Source of the DNA: an uncultured bacterium
GTDB taxonomy: Bacteria; Patescibacteriota; Gracilibacteria; UBA1369; PNNO01
Assembly (NCBI GenBank): GCA_963704705.1
Contig: OY969931.1
Location: 1,230,001-1,262,000 of the forward strand
Reading direction: 5' to 3'
Length of the DNA stretch: 32,000 nucleotides
The translations under genes were made by a program, and so were the position numbers. The notes below the pieces were generated by a model. It ran no database searches. It saw only the letters and a list, made by a program, of their open reading frames with translations, and was not told where the DNA came from. Below, piece after piece: positions 1 to 8,005 of this stretch. Position 1 is the stretch's first letter. The number at the start of each line of letters is the position of its first letter.

Positions 1-440
1 CCATAAATGCATGAAACAGAAGCAACAATCAAAACGTCATTGCGCGTAAGCAGGTTTTTTGTTGCCTGATGCCGAAATTTATCTATTTCTTCATTGATCG
101 AAGAATCTTTCTCAATATATGTATCGGTAGCGGGCATATAAGCTTCAGGCTGGTAATAATCGTAATATGAAACAAAGTAGCTAATTGCGTTTTCAGGGAA
201 AAACTCCTGAAACTCACTACAAAGCTGTGCGGTTAATGTTTTATTGTGAGCGATTATAAGTGTGGGTTTTTGAATTTGCTGAACAAGATTGGCCATTACA
301 AAAGTTTTGCCTGTGCCTGTTGCGCCAAGTAAGACCTGGTGTTTCTTACCTTGATTAATCCCTTCAACAAGCTTACTTATTGCTTCGGGCTGATCTCCGG
401 TTGGCTTAAAATCCGATACTAATTTGAATTTCTTATTCAT
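1..440 (-). CDS. uvrB: Excinuclease ABC subunit B, N-terminal 146 codons; the gene runs off the window start
   Basis: Manual reverse translation from ATG at 438-440 gives [52 protein letters not shown]...[30 protein letters not shown]. The Walker A GATGTGKT and the [10 protein letters not shown] block are UvrB hallmarks. It is missing from the ORF track only because the window edge truncates it. Confidence 0.9.
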   Translation of the reverse strand, partial: MNKKFKLVSDFKPTGDQPEAISKLVEGINQGKKHQVLLGATGTGKTFVMANLVQQIQKPTLIIAHNKTLTAQLCSEFQEFFPENAISYFVSYYDYYQPEAYMPATDTYIEKDSSINEEIDKFRHQATKNLLTRNDVLIVASVSCIY

Positions 441-542
441 AGCTAAGATATTTTACCAGAAAAGCGAAAGTCTGCAACTATTTAAGGAATAAATCAAGTT
501 AAGTTTGTTGCGTAAAAAAATTCAAAACAGGATAATAAAATC

Positions 543-1082
543 ATGAAAAAGTTCCTCTCTTATTCACTTATCGCCACAGTGCTTATCGTCGTAATCGGCG
601 TATTGTTTATTTTTGGAACATTTGATTTAAATATGGGGCAGACAAACACAATAGGTTCGGGTCAGGGTCCAATTGATTTCGTAAAAACACATAATGAAAT
701 TGTTGATGCAATTCATGATTTAGCGATATCATCCACAAATATTAAAAATTTTTATAATGAAATGACTCCTGAAAGTGACCTGAATAATTTAAGAAGTCAG
801 ATACAAACAATTAATGATAAAAAAGATAAATTAAAATCGATTTTAGGGAATGAGAATTTTAAAAAACAACAGTCCAAAACAGCTGATTTATTTGAAAAAG
901 AATATTTGCCGGCAATTGAAACTCTCTGCAACACTTACCTTAAAGCAATATCTTACTTTGAAGAAAAAGAATACACGCAGGAATCCATTGATTCATTCAA
1001 AGGCGTGCTAAATGCATCTGAACAAAAACTTCAGGATGCCCACAATAATTTTGTAGATGACCTCAATTCACACAAACACTAA
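543..1082 (+). CDS. Hypothetical membrane-anchored protein: one N-terminal TM helix followed by a helical N/K/E-rich domain
   Basis: 179-aa ORF. The N-terminus LSYSLIATVLIVVIGVLFIFGTF is a clear hydrophobic helix. AGGA lies about 14 nt upstream of the ATG. No recognisable family. Confidence 0.6.
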   Translation: MKKFLSYSLIATVLIVVIGVLFIFGTFDLNMGQTNTIGSGQGPIDFVKTHNEIVDAIHDLAISSTNIKNFYNEMTPESDLNNLRSQIQTINDKKDKLKSILGNENFKKQQSKTADLFEKEYLPAIETLCNTYLKAISYFEEKEYTQESIDSFKGVLNASEQKLQDAHNNFVDDLNSHKH

Positions 1083-3164
1083 TTAGAAATAATTATTTCC
1101 GGCATTCCACAAAGCATAGCCTTTTGCTCCTTCGTCGTATGCTGCTTTAACCTGTTCGTCTACATACCACTGACCATAATTGCTCACTCGCCATGCAAAA
1201 GCCTGCAGCCATGGCCTTACAGCTGTTTTTGTTCCTTCTAAATATTTATTAAATAAAGATAAGCTCTCCTGAACAAAATAATAAGGTTCATCACCTGGAT
1301 TGGCAAAACCCGCAAAGCCCGGACCAAAATGTGAAGGGTAAACCATCGGATAAACAACATCGATATAAGGTCCTAAACATCCCATTTTTTGACCTGTAGA
1401 CTGCGAATCATATTCGTTATTCCAGACAATCACTCCGTAAACATCCATAGAAAGCTTGGATTCGTAAGGCTTTAATCTGTCGTGTACGCGCGCAATAAAA
1501 TTTCTGATTACTTCATATTTTTCTGTTGTGGTTTCATCAAAATTGTATGCCGTACTGCTTACAGGCCCCAGAGTCGGAAAGCGAATATAATCAAATTGAA
1601 TTTCATCAACGCCGGCCTTAGCGAGATCTTCAACCAAATTTAAAATATAATTTTGTGTTTCTTCATTTGAAGGATCAACCCAGACCACGCCTTCCTGATT
1701 AGACCATGGTCCCCCGTTTACACTTTGAACAGCCAAATCAGGCCTTGCTGTAGCCAAATTTATATCTTTAAAAGCAACAAGTCGTGCAGCAAGATAAATG
1801 CCTTTGTCATGCCAGTATCTAACATAATTTTCAAGATTCGGATAAAGAATTTTATCCTGAGCATTAGTGTCGTGCGCTAATTGAGCTGTTGTAGGAAAAT
1901 AAACCTGACCATCAATTTCTTTAACATCAAAAATCACAAGCTGGCCGCCTTTTTCTTTTAATTGATCAGCCAAAATCGGCCCCTGATTTGAACTGGCTGT
2001 ATACGCCGTAAAATAAATTCCCCATGGGTCATCGACATTAATTGTCTGTTTAACTAAAAATTTTGGAATATCCGGAATTTCAATTTCATCTCCGGATTCA
2101 AAATTACTTTCGGGATTAGCAGCTATTATCGCATTTTGAAAGTCGGCAATTCTATAGTGACGCGAGTAATCAAAAAACTTTTCAGCGATCGAACCCGGTT
2201 CATCACCTGAGATTGTGTAGTAAAATTTGCCGTCTTTATATTTTAAATCTTTCGGAGGCACATTGACTTTTATCTTTTCCGCCTTATATTTGAGCCATTT
2301 CCAGGCTGTTGAACTAAAAGAATTTCGCTGGATTTCAAATGGTTTACATTTTTGATAAGGATATTTTATTATCGGTTCAAGCGGATCTCCAACCTTATAA
2401 GGTTTAAATGTTTCCTGTACTTCTGACTTTGCTGTTTCGTTTGGCTGTCTTTTAAAATGCCTTAACCATTCATCATCAATGGCCTGAATTCTCGGAATTC
2501 TGTAAGGATCAAATTTTTCATTATTTGGAAGATATGTTGCATCAGCCCCAACCAAAAACGCTGCTTTAATATGTTTTGCCAATGTCTCCATATTTTCCTC
2601 TTTCGGCACAAGGCCGTTTGGATAAGCCAAATAATCAAATTTCATTCCCAAATATTCTTCGATTTCAGTTAAAGTGGACTCGAGTTGTTCAGCTGTTACT
2701 GAATCAAGATTTTCATGACCATATGTGTGACTTTCAATCTGCCTGCCAGTATCAATCAAATATTGAAGCTGATCCTTATCGAATCCATAAGGAAGTACAA
2801 AAAAAGTTGCAGCGCTGCCAAAATCAGGATGATCTTTTAAAAATTCATCCATTATTTCAGCTGCTTTTATTTGATATTTGCTGGAATCATCAAAAGTGAT
2901 AATAACCGGTTTCATGCCTTCTTCAACCCCTTTAAAATCCAGGTTCATGAACTGGTCAATTGTAATGGCCCTATAATCGTTGTTATAAAGCCATTCCAAA
3001 TCGCCCCTAAACTTATCAAATGAGCGTGTCCATCGGCTATCCACTTCACCAAAATTGTGATATTCGAGTATAGGAATACGCGGCGGTTTCTCTTCATCCT
3101 GCGCTAGCGCGGTTTGAGGAAAAACCAAAATCAAAGCTATAAGAAAGGCTAATATTCTTTTCAT
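1083..3164 (-). CDS. Secreted multidomain cell-wall enzyme: NodB-type polysaccharide deacetylase, LysM-like module and a putative glycoside hydrolase TIM-barrel (GHL/DUF4015-like)
   Basis: I moved the start to the internal ATG (3162-3164), which gives the signal peptide MKRILAFLIALILVFPQTALA/QD. NodB motifs seen: ITFDDS, SHTYGHEN and a later RIPR. LysM-like stretch: YTISGDEPGSIAEKF...IIAANPES..FESGDEIEIP. The C-terminal half (IYFTAYTASS...VIFDVKE...WVDPSNEE...GVDEIQFDYIRFP) resembles the DUF4015 putative glycosyl hydrolase family. Confidence 0.75.
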   Translation of the reverse strand: MKRILAFLIALILVFPQTALAQDEEKPPRIPILEYHNFGEVDSRWTRSFDKFRGDLEWLYNNDYRAITIDQFMNLDFKGVEEGMKPVIITFDDSSKYQIKAAEIMDEFLKDHPDFGSAATFFVLPYGFDKDQLQYLIDTGRQIESHTYGHENLDSVTAEQLESTLTEIEEYLGMKFDYLAYPNGLVPKEENMETLAKHIKAAFLVGADATYLPNNEKFDPYRIPRIQAIDDEWLRHFKRQPNETAKSEVQETFKPYKVGDPLEPIIKYPYQKCKPFEIQRNSFSSTAWKWLKYKAEKIKVNVPPKDLKYKDGKFYYTISGDEPGSIAEKFFDYSRHYRIADFQNAIIAANPESNFESGDEIEIPDIPKFLVKQTINVDDPWGIYFTAYTASSNQGPILADQLKEKGGQLVIFDVKEIDGQVYFPTTAQLAHDTNAQDKILYPNLENYVRYWHDKGIYLAARLVAFKDINLATARPDLAVQSVNGGPWSNQEGVVWVDPSNEETQNYILNLVEDLAKAGVDEIQFDYIRFPTLGPVSSTAYNFDETTTEKYEVIRNFIARVHDRLKPYESKLSMDVYGVIVWNNEYDSQSTGQKMGCLGPYIDVVYPMVYPSHFGPGFAGFANPGDEPYYFVQESLSLFNKYLEGTKTAVRPWLQAFAWRVSNYGQWYVDEQVKAAYDEGAKGYALWNAGNNYF

Positions 3165-3278
3165 GGTAGCCTGAATTTTATAAGAAGGCGCAAGCAAATG
3201 CAAGGTGTGCTTAAAATTAATTGAATTTAAAATGAAATCATGATATTCTTATTGTAAGAATTCCTTACTTTCTTATAT

Positions 3279-3518
3279 ATGAATACTAAAATTGTAAAAA
3301 CAACCTCAAAAGGACAAATTACTTTACCTCAAAAATGGCGAAATCAGTTTAAAACCGAGAACTTTATCCTTGAAATGCATAACGAAAAAATCATAGTGAC
3401 GCCAATCGTGATAAAGCCGTCAACTACAGACGAAGTGGTTGTTTTTGATGCTGAAAGGGATAACGATGGCAAAGGCGTTTCTGTTGATGAAATGATTAAA
3501 TTACTTAAAAAGCTTTAA
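3279..3518 (+). CDS. Type II antitoxin, AbrB/SpoVT (MazE-like) DNA-binding fold
   Basis: 79 aa. The N-terminal KTTSKGQITLPQKWRNQF is the swapped-hairpin AbrB/SpoVT signature. Its stop overlaps the start of the next ORF by 1 nt (TAATG). Confidence 0.75.
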   Translation: MNTKIVKTTSKGQITLPQKWRNQFKTENFILEMHNEKIIVTPIVIKPSTTDEVVVFDAERDNDGKGVSVDEMIKLLKKL

Positions 3519-3760
3519 TGGATAAAATTAAAAAATTCTTACAAAAACTCACCAAAAAAGAAAAAGAAGCTTTTATTTTGTTAATGATTCAAATTAAAAA
3601 AGATTACAAAAAAATACCTAATATAAAAAAAATAAAAGGTAAAAAGGATTATTTCAGAATCAGATTGGGCAAATACAGAATAATTTTTTCAACAAAAAAC
3701 CAGCCAATAGAAATTATAAGAATTACAAAGCGAAACGAGAGTACTTATAGCGACCTCTAA
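3518..3760 (+). CDS. Type II toxin, RelE/ParE superfamily
   Basis: 80 aa. IKKIKGKKDYFRIRLGKYRIIFSTKNQPIEIIRITKRNESTY matches the RelE/StbE pattern LKG...yRiRvGdYRiiY....v.i..i.hR..vY. It is translationally coupled to the upstream antitoxin. Confidence 0.8.
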   Translation: MDKIKKFLQKLTKKEKEAFILLMIQIKKDYKKIPNIKKIKGKKDYFRIRLGKYRIIFSTKNQPIEIIRITKRNESTYSDL

Positions 3761-4410
3761 GCTCCTTCATAACCTTCTCCCTGAGTTCCCCTTAGTAAAT
3801 CAATGGCCTGCCTTCTGTCTTTGGCTCCGAAAATATAAGAACCTGCAATTAATACATTTGCTCCGGCCATTTCGCACTTTCTTCCGGTTTCGTCGTTAAT
3901 GCCGCCATCAACAGCGATATCAAGTTCAGGAGATTTTTCGCGCAGCCATTTAATTTTATCAAGCGCGCTATTCATAAAACCCTGGCCACCAAAACCCGGC
4001 TCAACACTCATAATCAAAACCCAATCCAGTTCTTCCAAATATTCTTCCAAAACTTCAACTTTTGTATCGGGCTTGATTGAGACACCTGCACGCATATTGT
4101 TTTCTTTTATTTTAGCCAATAATCCGTGCAAGTCTTTTGCGGCTTCGTAGTGGACAGTCAAAACATTAGCGCCTGCCTTGGCGAAATCCTCAATAAAATT
4201 TTCGGGATTTGAAATCATCAAATGAACATCAAGCGGCAATTTGGTTTTTATACATTTAACAACAGGGGCACCAAATGTTAAATTCGGTACAAAATGTCCG
4301 TCCATAACGTCCACGTGAATAAAATCGGCGTGTTCTTCAACTGTTTTAATATCATCGTTCAAACAGCCGAAATCAGCTGAAAGAATTGATGGTGATATTT
4401 TGATGTCCAT
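3757..4410 (-). CDS. rpe: Ribulose-phosphate 3-epimerase
   Basis: 217 aa with SILSADF, HVDVMDGHFVPNLTFG, MSVEPGFGGQ and VDGGIN motifs. Confidence 0.95.
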   Translation of the reverse strand: MDIKISPSILSADFGCLNDDIKTVEEHADFIHVDVMDGHFVPNLTFGAPVVKCIKTKLPLDVHLMISNPENFIEDFAKAGANVLTVHYEAAKDLHGLLAKIKENNMRAGVSIKPDTKVEVLEEYLEELDWVLIMSVEPGFGGQGFMNSALDKIKWLREKSPELDIAVDGGINDETGRKCEMAGANVLIAGSYIFGAKDRRQAIDLLRGTQGEGYEGA

Positions 4411-4515
4411 TAGAGATGAGCGTTAGCGAGTCTCTCGCGAGCCACAGCGGAACCAAGTGAAGCTGTTAGTCGCGAGCGTAGCATGAGCCCCGCTAAGCGG
4501 GGTGAATTCTTTAAA
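4411..4515 (-). other. GC-rich structured intercistronic element between rpiB and rpe; possible cis-regulatory or processing RNA, or a small repeat element
   Basis: 105 nt, clearly more GC-rich than the flanks. It contains a perfect hairpin CCCCGC-TAA-GCGGGG (4488-4502), a GCGAG-TCT-CTCGC hairpin (about 4426-4438), and the word CGCGAGC twice, each preceded by GTTAG. No T-tract follows the hairpins on the transcribed strand. Confidence 0.35.
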
Positions 4516-4950
4516 TTATACGTCAAATTTTTCAATACGTCTTTTGTGTCTTTCATCAGGATCAGGCTGGGTATTCAAAAATTTATCGAGAATTTCAAGA
4601 GCGAGTTTTTCTTCAGTAGTTCTTTCACCAAGACAAAGAACATTTGCGTAATTGTGACGTCGTGACATTTCAGCAAGTTCAATGTTTGTGCAAAGAGCTG
4701 CACGAACCGTTTTATGCCTGTTCAAAGCCATAGCACTTCCCTGACCTGTCCCGCAAATCATAACTCCCATAGCATCCTGATTTTCCTGAATTTTTTCAGC
4801 AACTTCACGGGCGATATCAGAATAATCAACAGGATCATCGGGGCTGTAAGAACCCAGATCAATAACTTTATATCCATTTTCTTCAAGGTGTTTTTTTACA
4901 GCTTGTTTCAGGTTGTAACCTGCATGGTCGGATCCAACATAAATATCCAT
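4516..4950 (-). CDS. rpiB: Ribose-5-phosphate isomerase B
   Basis: 144 aa. GSDHAGYNLK and MICGTGQGSAMALNR are the RpiB/LacAB signatures. Confidence 0.92.
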   Translation of the reverse strand: MDIYVGSDHAGYNLKQAVKKHLEENGYKVIDLGSYSPDDPVDYSDIAREVAEKIQENQDAMGVMICGTGQGSAMALNRHKTVRAALCTNIELAEMSRRHNYANVLCLGERTTEEKLALEILDKFLNTQPDPDERHKRRIEKFDV

Positions 4951-4962
4951 AGCAATAGTGTG

Positions 4963-5910
4963 TTAATTTTTAAATACAGACGTTACTGATTTTGAATCAT
5001 GTACGTTTTTAATAATTTTAGCCAATAATGGCGCAATTGATAATACTTTAAGGCCTTTAAAATATTTTTCTTTTGGTACCGGAATAGAATTTGTTACAAC
5101 AACTTCTTTAAATCCGGCTTTCTCAAGACGTTTTGAAGCAGGGTCAGAGAAAACTGCATGTGTAGCCGCAAGATAAATATCTTTATGAGCTCCGCCTTTG
5201 CGTAATGCTTCAGCCGCATTTACAACACTCCCGCCGGTATCAATCATGTCATCAAAAATAATACATGTTCTGCCTTCAACATTACCTACAAGATGCATGA
5301 CTTCTGATTGATTCGCTCTTGGTCTTGATTTATGGATAATTGCAAGTTCGGCATTAAGTGCGTCAGCGAATTTTTTTGCGTCTTTTGCTCCTCCGGCATC
5401 AGGTGAAACGACTGTCATATTCTTTAATTTTTTCTTTTTAAAATAATCCGCAAAGAATTTTTTCGTGTAAAGATTATCAACCGGGAAATCGAAAAATCCC
5501 TGTTCCTGGTCAGAATGCAGAACCATTGTAATAAGATGATCTGCGCCAGCAGCTGAAATAAGATCAGCAACCAGTTTTGCTGAAATGGGTTCACGCGGAG
5601 TAGCCACGCGATCCTGCCTTGCATATGGATAATGCGGCATTATCACATGAATTTTATTAGAGAAAGATCGTTTGAAAGAATCAAGCATCACAAATAATTC
5701 CATTAGATCTTCGTTCACATTGTGCGTGCCGGTTTGTACAACATATACATCAGACCCTCTTACAGTACAGCTTGGTTTTGCGTAAATTTCACCACATGCA
5801 AAACGTGAAATTTCCATAGGACACATCTTAACTTTAAGATATTTGGCAATTTCCGCTGCCAGCTGAGGATGAGACGTTCCTGAAAAAAGTTGTAAAGGGT
5901 GATTAGCCAT
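4963..5910 (-). CDS. prs: Ribose-phosphate pyrophosphokinase (PRPP synthetase)
   Basis: 315 aa. Contains HYPYARQDR, VSPDAGGAK and the PRPP-binding loop IIFDDMIDTGGS. Confidence 0.95.
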   Translation of the reverse strand: MANHPLQLFSGTSHPQLAAEIAKYLKVKMCPMEISRFACGEIYAKPSCTVRGSDVYVVQTGTHNVNEDLMELFVMLDSFKRSFSNKIHVIMPHYPYARQDRVATPREPISAKLVADLISAAGADHLITMVLHSDQEQGFFDFPVDNLYTKKFFADYFKKKKLKNMTVVSPDAGGAKDAKKFADALNAELAIIHKSRPRANQSEVMHLVGNVEGRTCIIFDDMIDTGGSVVNAAEALRKGGAHKDIYLAATHAVFSDPASKRLEKAGFKEVVVTNSIPVPKEKYFKGLKVLSIAPLLAKIIKNVHDSKSVTSVFKN

Positions 5911-5984
5911 AATATTTTGGTGTTAGCAGGTTTTATTATAGAGATCTAAGCTGGATTGTTTAATTGTTAATGCAAGAAAAGGTG

Positions 5985-6013
5985 TTGACAGCTTATGTTA
6001 TGTGTTGTAAATT
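5985..6013 (+). promoter_or_regulatory. Sigma-70-type promoter for the 6046 ORF
   Basis: TTGACA (5985-5990), a 17-nt spacer, then TAAATT (6008-6013), about 33 nt upstream of the ATG at 6046. Confidence 0.55.
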
Positions 6014-6045
6014 AAACTCTCGGAATATAATTAACTAAATTAAAT

Positions 6046-6480
6046 ATGGAAAAACAAGAATTTGCCGATTCAAAAGCAACCGAGCATATAAATATAATTC
6101 GAAAAGGTTCCCCTGTTGATTACAAAGGCAAAACATGGATTATCAGAAATATCAGAAACAATGAAGTGGATCTTGTTGATCCAATGGATCCGGTTAAAAT
6201 TGCCGAAGGAATACCAATACATGAAATACAGAAAAATCCACAAGAAATACAAAGAGCCTCATATGAGGACACTCCTGGGGCAATTCTTAATTCTATTAGT
6301 GAACCGATTCAGCAAGCAACAACAGCAATATTAAATCCGGATTATCAATTCAGCAAACAAGGTGAAACTTTTGAAGAAGCGGCCAGAATGACTCCAGGGC
6401 AAATTCCTGAACATGTGAAACAAGGTTTGGAAAACGGTTATCACTGGATAACATATTCGCATCCTAACGATGTAAACTAG
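6046..6480 (+). CDS. Hypothetical protein (144 aa), no recognisable family
   Basis: Long ORF with its own promoter-like element. It is an isolated plus-strand gene and overlaps the transketolase C-subunit stop by 4 nt. Confidence 0.55.
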   Translation: MEKQEFADSKATEHINIIRKGSPVDYKGKTWIIRNIRNNEVDLVDPMDPVKIAEGIPIHEIQKNPQEIQRASYEDTPGAILNSISEPIQQATTAILNPDYQFSKQGETFEEAARMTPGQIPEHVKQGLENGYHWITYSHPNDVN

Positions 6481-7424
6481 ATTTTAAATTTCTCCAAAAT
6501 TCTCTCATATACGCCCTCACTATCCAGGGCGTATTTTTTATATAAATCAGCCGGCTTACCGGATTCACCAAATTTTTCCATGCCGATTTTATGAACACGT
6601 GTAGGGAATTTTTCAGTTACAAGTTCGGCAACAGCGCTGCCAAGCCCGCCAATTGTACCGTGATCTTCCAAGGTTACAATCATTTTTGTTTTCTTTGCGC
6701 AATCAAGAACAAGCTTTTCATCAAGCGGTTTAATTGAAGACATATTCACAACCATTGCTCTTAAGCCTTTTTCTTTTTCAAGAAGCTTCGCAACTTCCAT
6801 AGCGATATGAACCATTGTCCCGGTTGCAATTAAACTTATATCCTCGCCAAAATTCAAAATGTCACCATAGCCTATTCTAAAATTATGCTCGTTTGAATAA
6901 ACAACAGGCACATCCAAATGCCCGAGCCTTAAATAAGTGGGCCCAAAATCCTTCATCATTTCTTCTACAGCATAAAAAGTTTCAACTGCATCAGCAGGTG
7001 AAATTACTTTCATATTTGGAATAGCACGCATAATAGCAATATCTTCAAGTGCCTGGAAAATCGCGCCTTCTTCGCCAGTTAAAATACCCGCGTGTGTACC
7101 CACCAATTTAACATTCAAATTCGGAAGGCAAATGCTGTTTCGAATATGTTCCCAAGGCTTGCCGGTAATAAAAATAGCGTGTCCGGTTGCAAAAGGGATT
7201 TTAGCGCGCGCTGCAAATCCCGCAGCAGTATTCACCATATTCGCTTCCGCGTTACCAAAATTAAAATGCCTGTCAGGGTATAAATTCTCGAATTTTCCGG
7301 TTTTAGCATCAATGCTTGTATCAGCATTCATCACAACAACCTTTTTGTTCCTGCCTCCAAAAGCCGCAATAGCCTCAGAAAAAGCATCTAAAGTTGAAAC
7401 TCTGTCTCCTTTTACAAACTGCAT
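6477..7424 (-). CDS. tkt: Transketolase, C-terminal (pyrimidine-binding plus C-terminal domain) subunit
   Basis: 315 aa. FNFGNAEANMVNTAAGFA, GTHAGILTGEEGAIFQALEDIAIMRAIPNMKV and a C-terminal domain, typical of split transketolase subunit B. Confidence 0.92.
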   Translation of the reverse strand: MQFVKGDRVSTLDAFSEAIAAFGGRNKKVVVMNADTSIDAKTGKFENLYPDRHFNFGNAEANMVNTAAGFAARAKIPFATGHAIFITGKPWEHIRNSICLPNLNVKLVGTHAGILTGEEGAIFQALEDIAIMRAIPNMKVISPADAVETFYAVEEMMKDFGPTYLRLGHLDVPVVYSNEHNFRIGYGDILNFGEDISLIATGTMVHIAMEVAKLLEKEKGLRAMVVNMSSIKPLDEKLVLDCAKKTKMIVTLEDHGTIGGLGSAVAELVTEKFPTRVHKIGMEKFGESGKPADLYKKYALDSEGVYERILEKFKI

Positions 7425-7448
7425 AAAAAAGCATTAATCAGTGCTAAT

Positions 7449-7478
7449 TTAATAGCATTAATATGCGGTTTTGGTCAA
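7449..7478 (-). promoter_or_regulatory. Candidate promoter for the transketolase C-subunit gene
   Basis: On the minus strand: TTGACC (7473-7478), an 18-nt spacer, then TATTAA (7449-7454), about 25 nt upstream of the ATG at 7424. Confidence 0.4.
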
Positions 7479-7535
7479 GTGGCAAGTGCTTGCCCGGCAA
7501 AGGGGCAAAAGGGGGAAATTGAGAAATGGCGGGAA

Positions 7536-7889
7536 TTAGGGGTGGGAGTCGGTGGGTTTGGGGAAGAGTGTGAGAATTTCCCGGAGTGTGATCCAGAAGT
7601 CGAAGAAGCAGTTTTCAGTGATTTCGTCGGGCAATGTGTAGCCCATGTTGAGGAATGGCTGAAGCTTTTTCTTCGCTCCGTATTCGGCAAGACATGCAAT
7701 GTCCTGCCAGAACTTCTTGAAACTGAGCTGTCCGCGATGCTGATGCAGCCACTCTAAGACTATCGAAAGCATCTTGTATTCTTCGTCGGTTACGCTGATC
7801 ACCCTTGCCCACTGCAGTCCAAGCTCGATTGCAAAGACCTTAGCCTTTTCCAGATACTGGTCTTCATTAGACAAAGTGTGTCCCTCCAT
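7536..7889 (-). CDS. Orphan hypothetical protein (117 aa) inside a GC-rich island; may be a foreign gene or a gene fragment
   Basis: Longest ORF in the island, and the most protein-like translation of the three overlapping frames (MEGHTLSNEDQYLEKAKVFAIELGLQWARV...). Hand counts on two 60-nt blocks gave about 55% GC, against AT-rich flanks. No family recognised. Confidence 0.4.
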   Translation of the reverse strand: MEGHTLSNEDQYLEKAKVFAIELGLQWARVISVTDEEYKMLSIVLEWLHQHRGQLSFKKFWQDIACLAEYGAKKKLQPFLNMGYTLPDEITENCFFDFWITLREILTLFPKPTDSHP

Positions 7890-8005
7890 TTCTCAATGGT
7901 CAGCGCCATTGAATTTCAAAGCTATCCCCTTAAGTGAGGATGCCTAAAATAATACGTTGAGCGCGAAACTAAAAGGATTTTAGCGTAATTTTCATAAAAA
8001 TCAAA

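Noticed and set aside
2576-2899. 107-aa plus-strand ORF, together with similar antisense ORFs at 3899-4150, 4483-4665, 4714-4989, 5424-5624, 6070-6252, 6116-6334, 7092-7283, 7132-7437, 15065-15295, 16269-16454, 18323-18538, 18712-18903 and 18929-19216
   Set aside because: All lie fully inside, or antisense to, well-supported conserved genes (deacetylase, rpe, rpiB, prs, tkt, CYTH, folP, pabC). Their translations are low-complexity or lack protein-like features, so they are shadow ORFs.
4411-4515. A tRNA or other small canonical RNA gene in the GC-rich rpiB-rpe spacer
   Set aside because: Neither strand shows a GGTTCGAATCC-like T-loop, an acceptor/CCA arrangement or cloverleaf pairing. It is kept only as an unclassified structured element.
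7475-7812. Three further ORFs in the GC-rich island: 7475-7699 minus, 7479-7757 plus and 7615-7812 minus
   Set aside because: They mutually overlap each other and the 117-aa ORF. Their translations are Ser/Pro/Gly/Arg-biased, as expected for off-frame reading of GC-rich DNA. Only the 7536-7889 frame was kept, and at low confidence.
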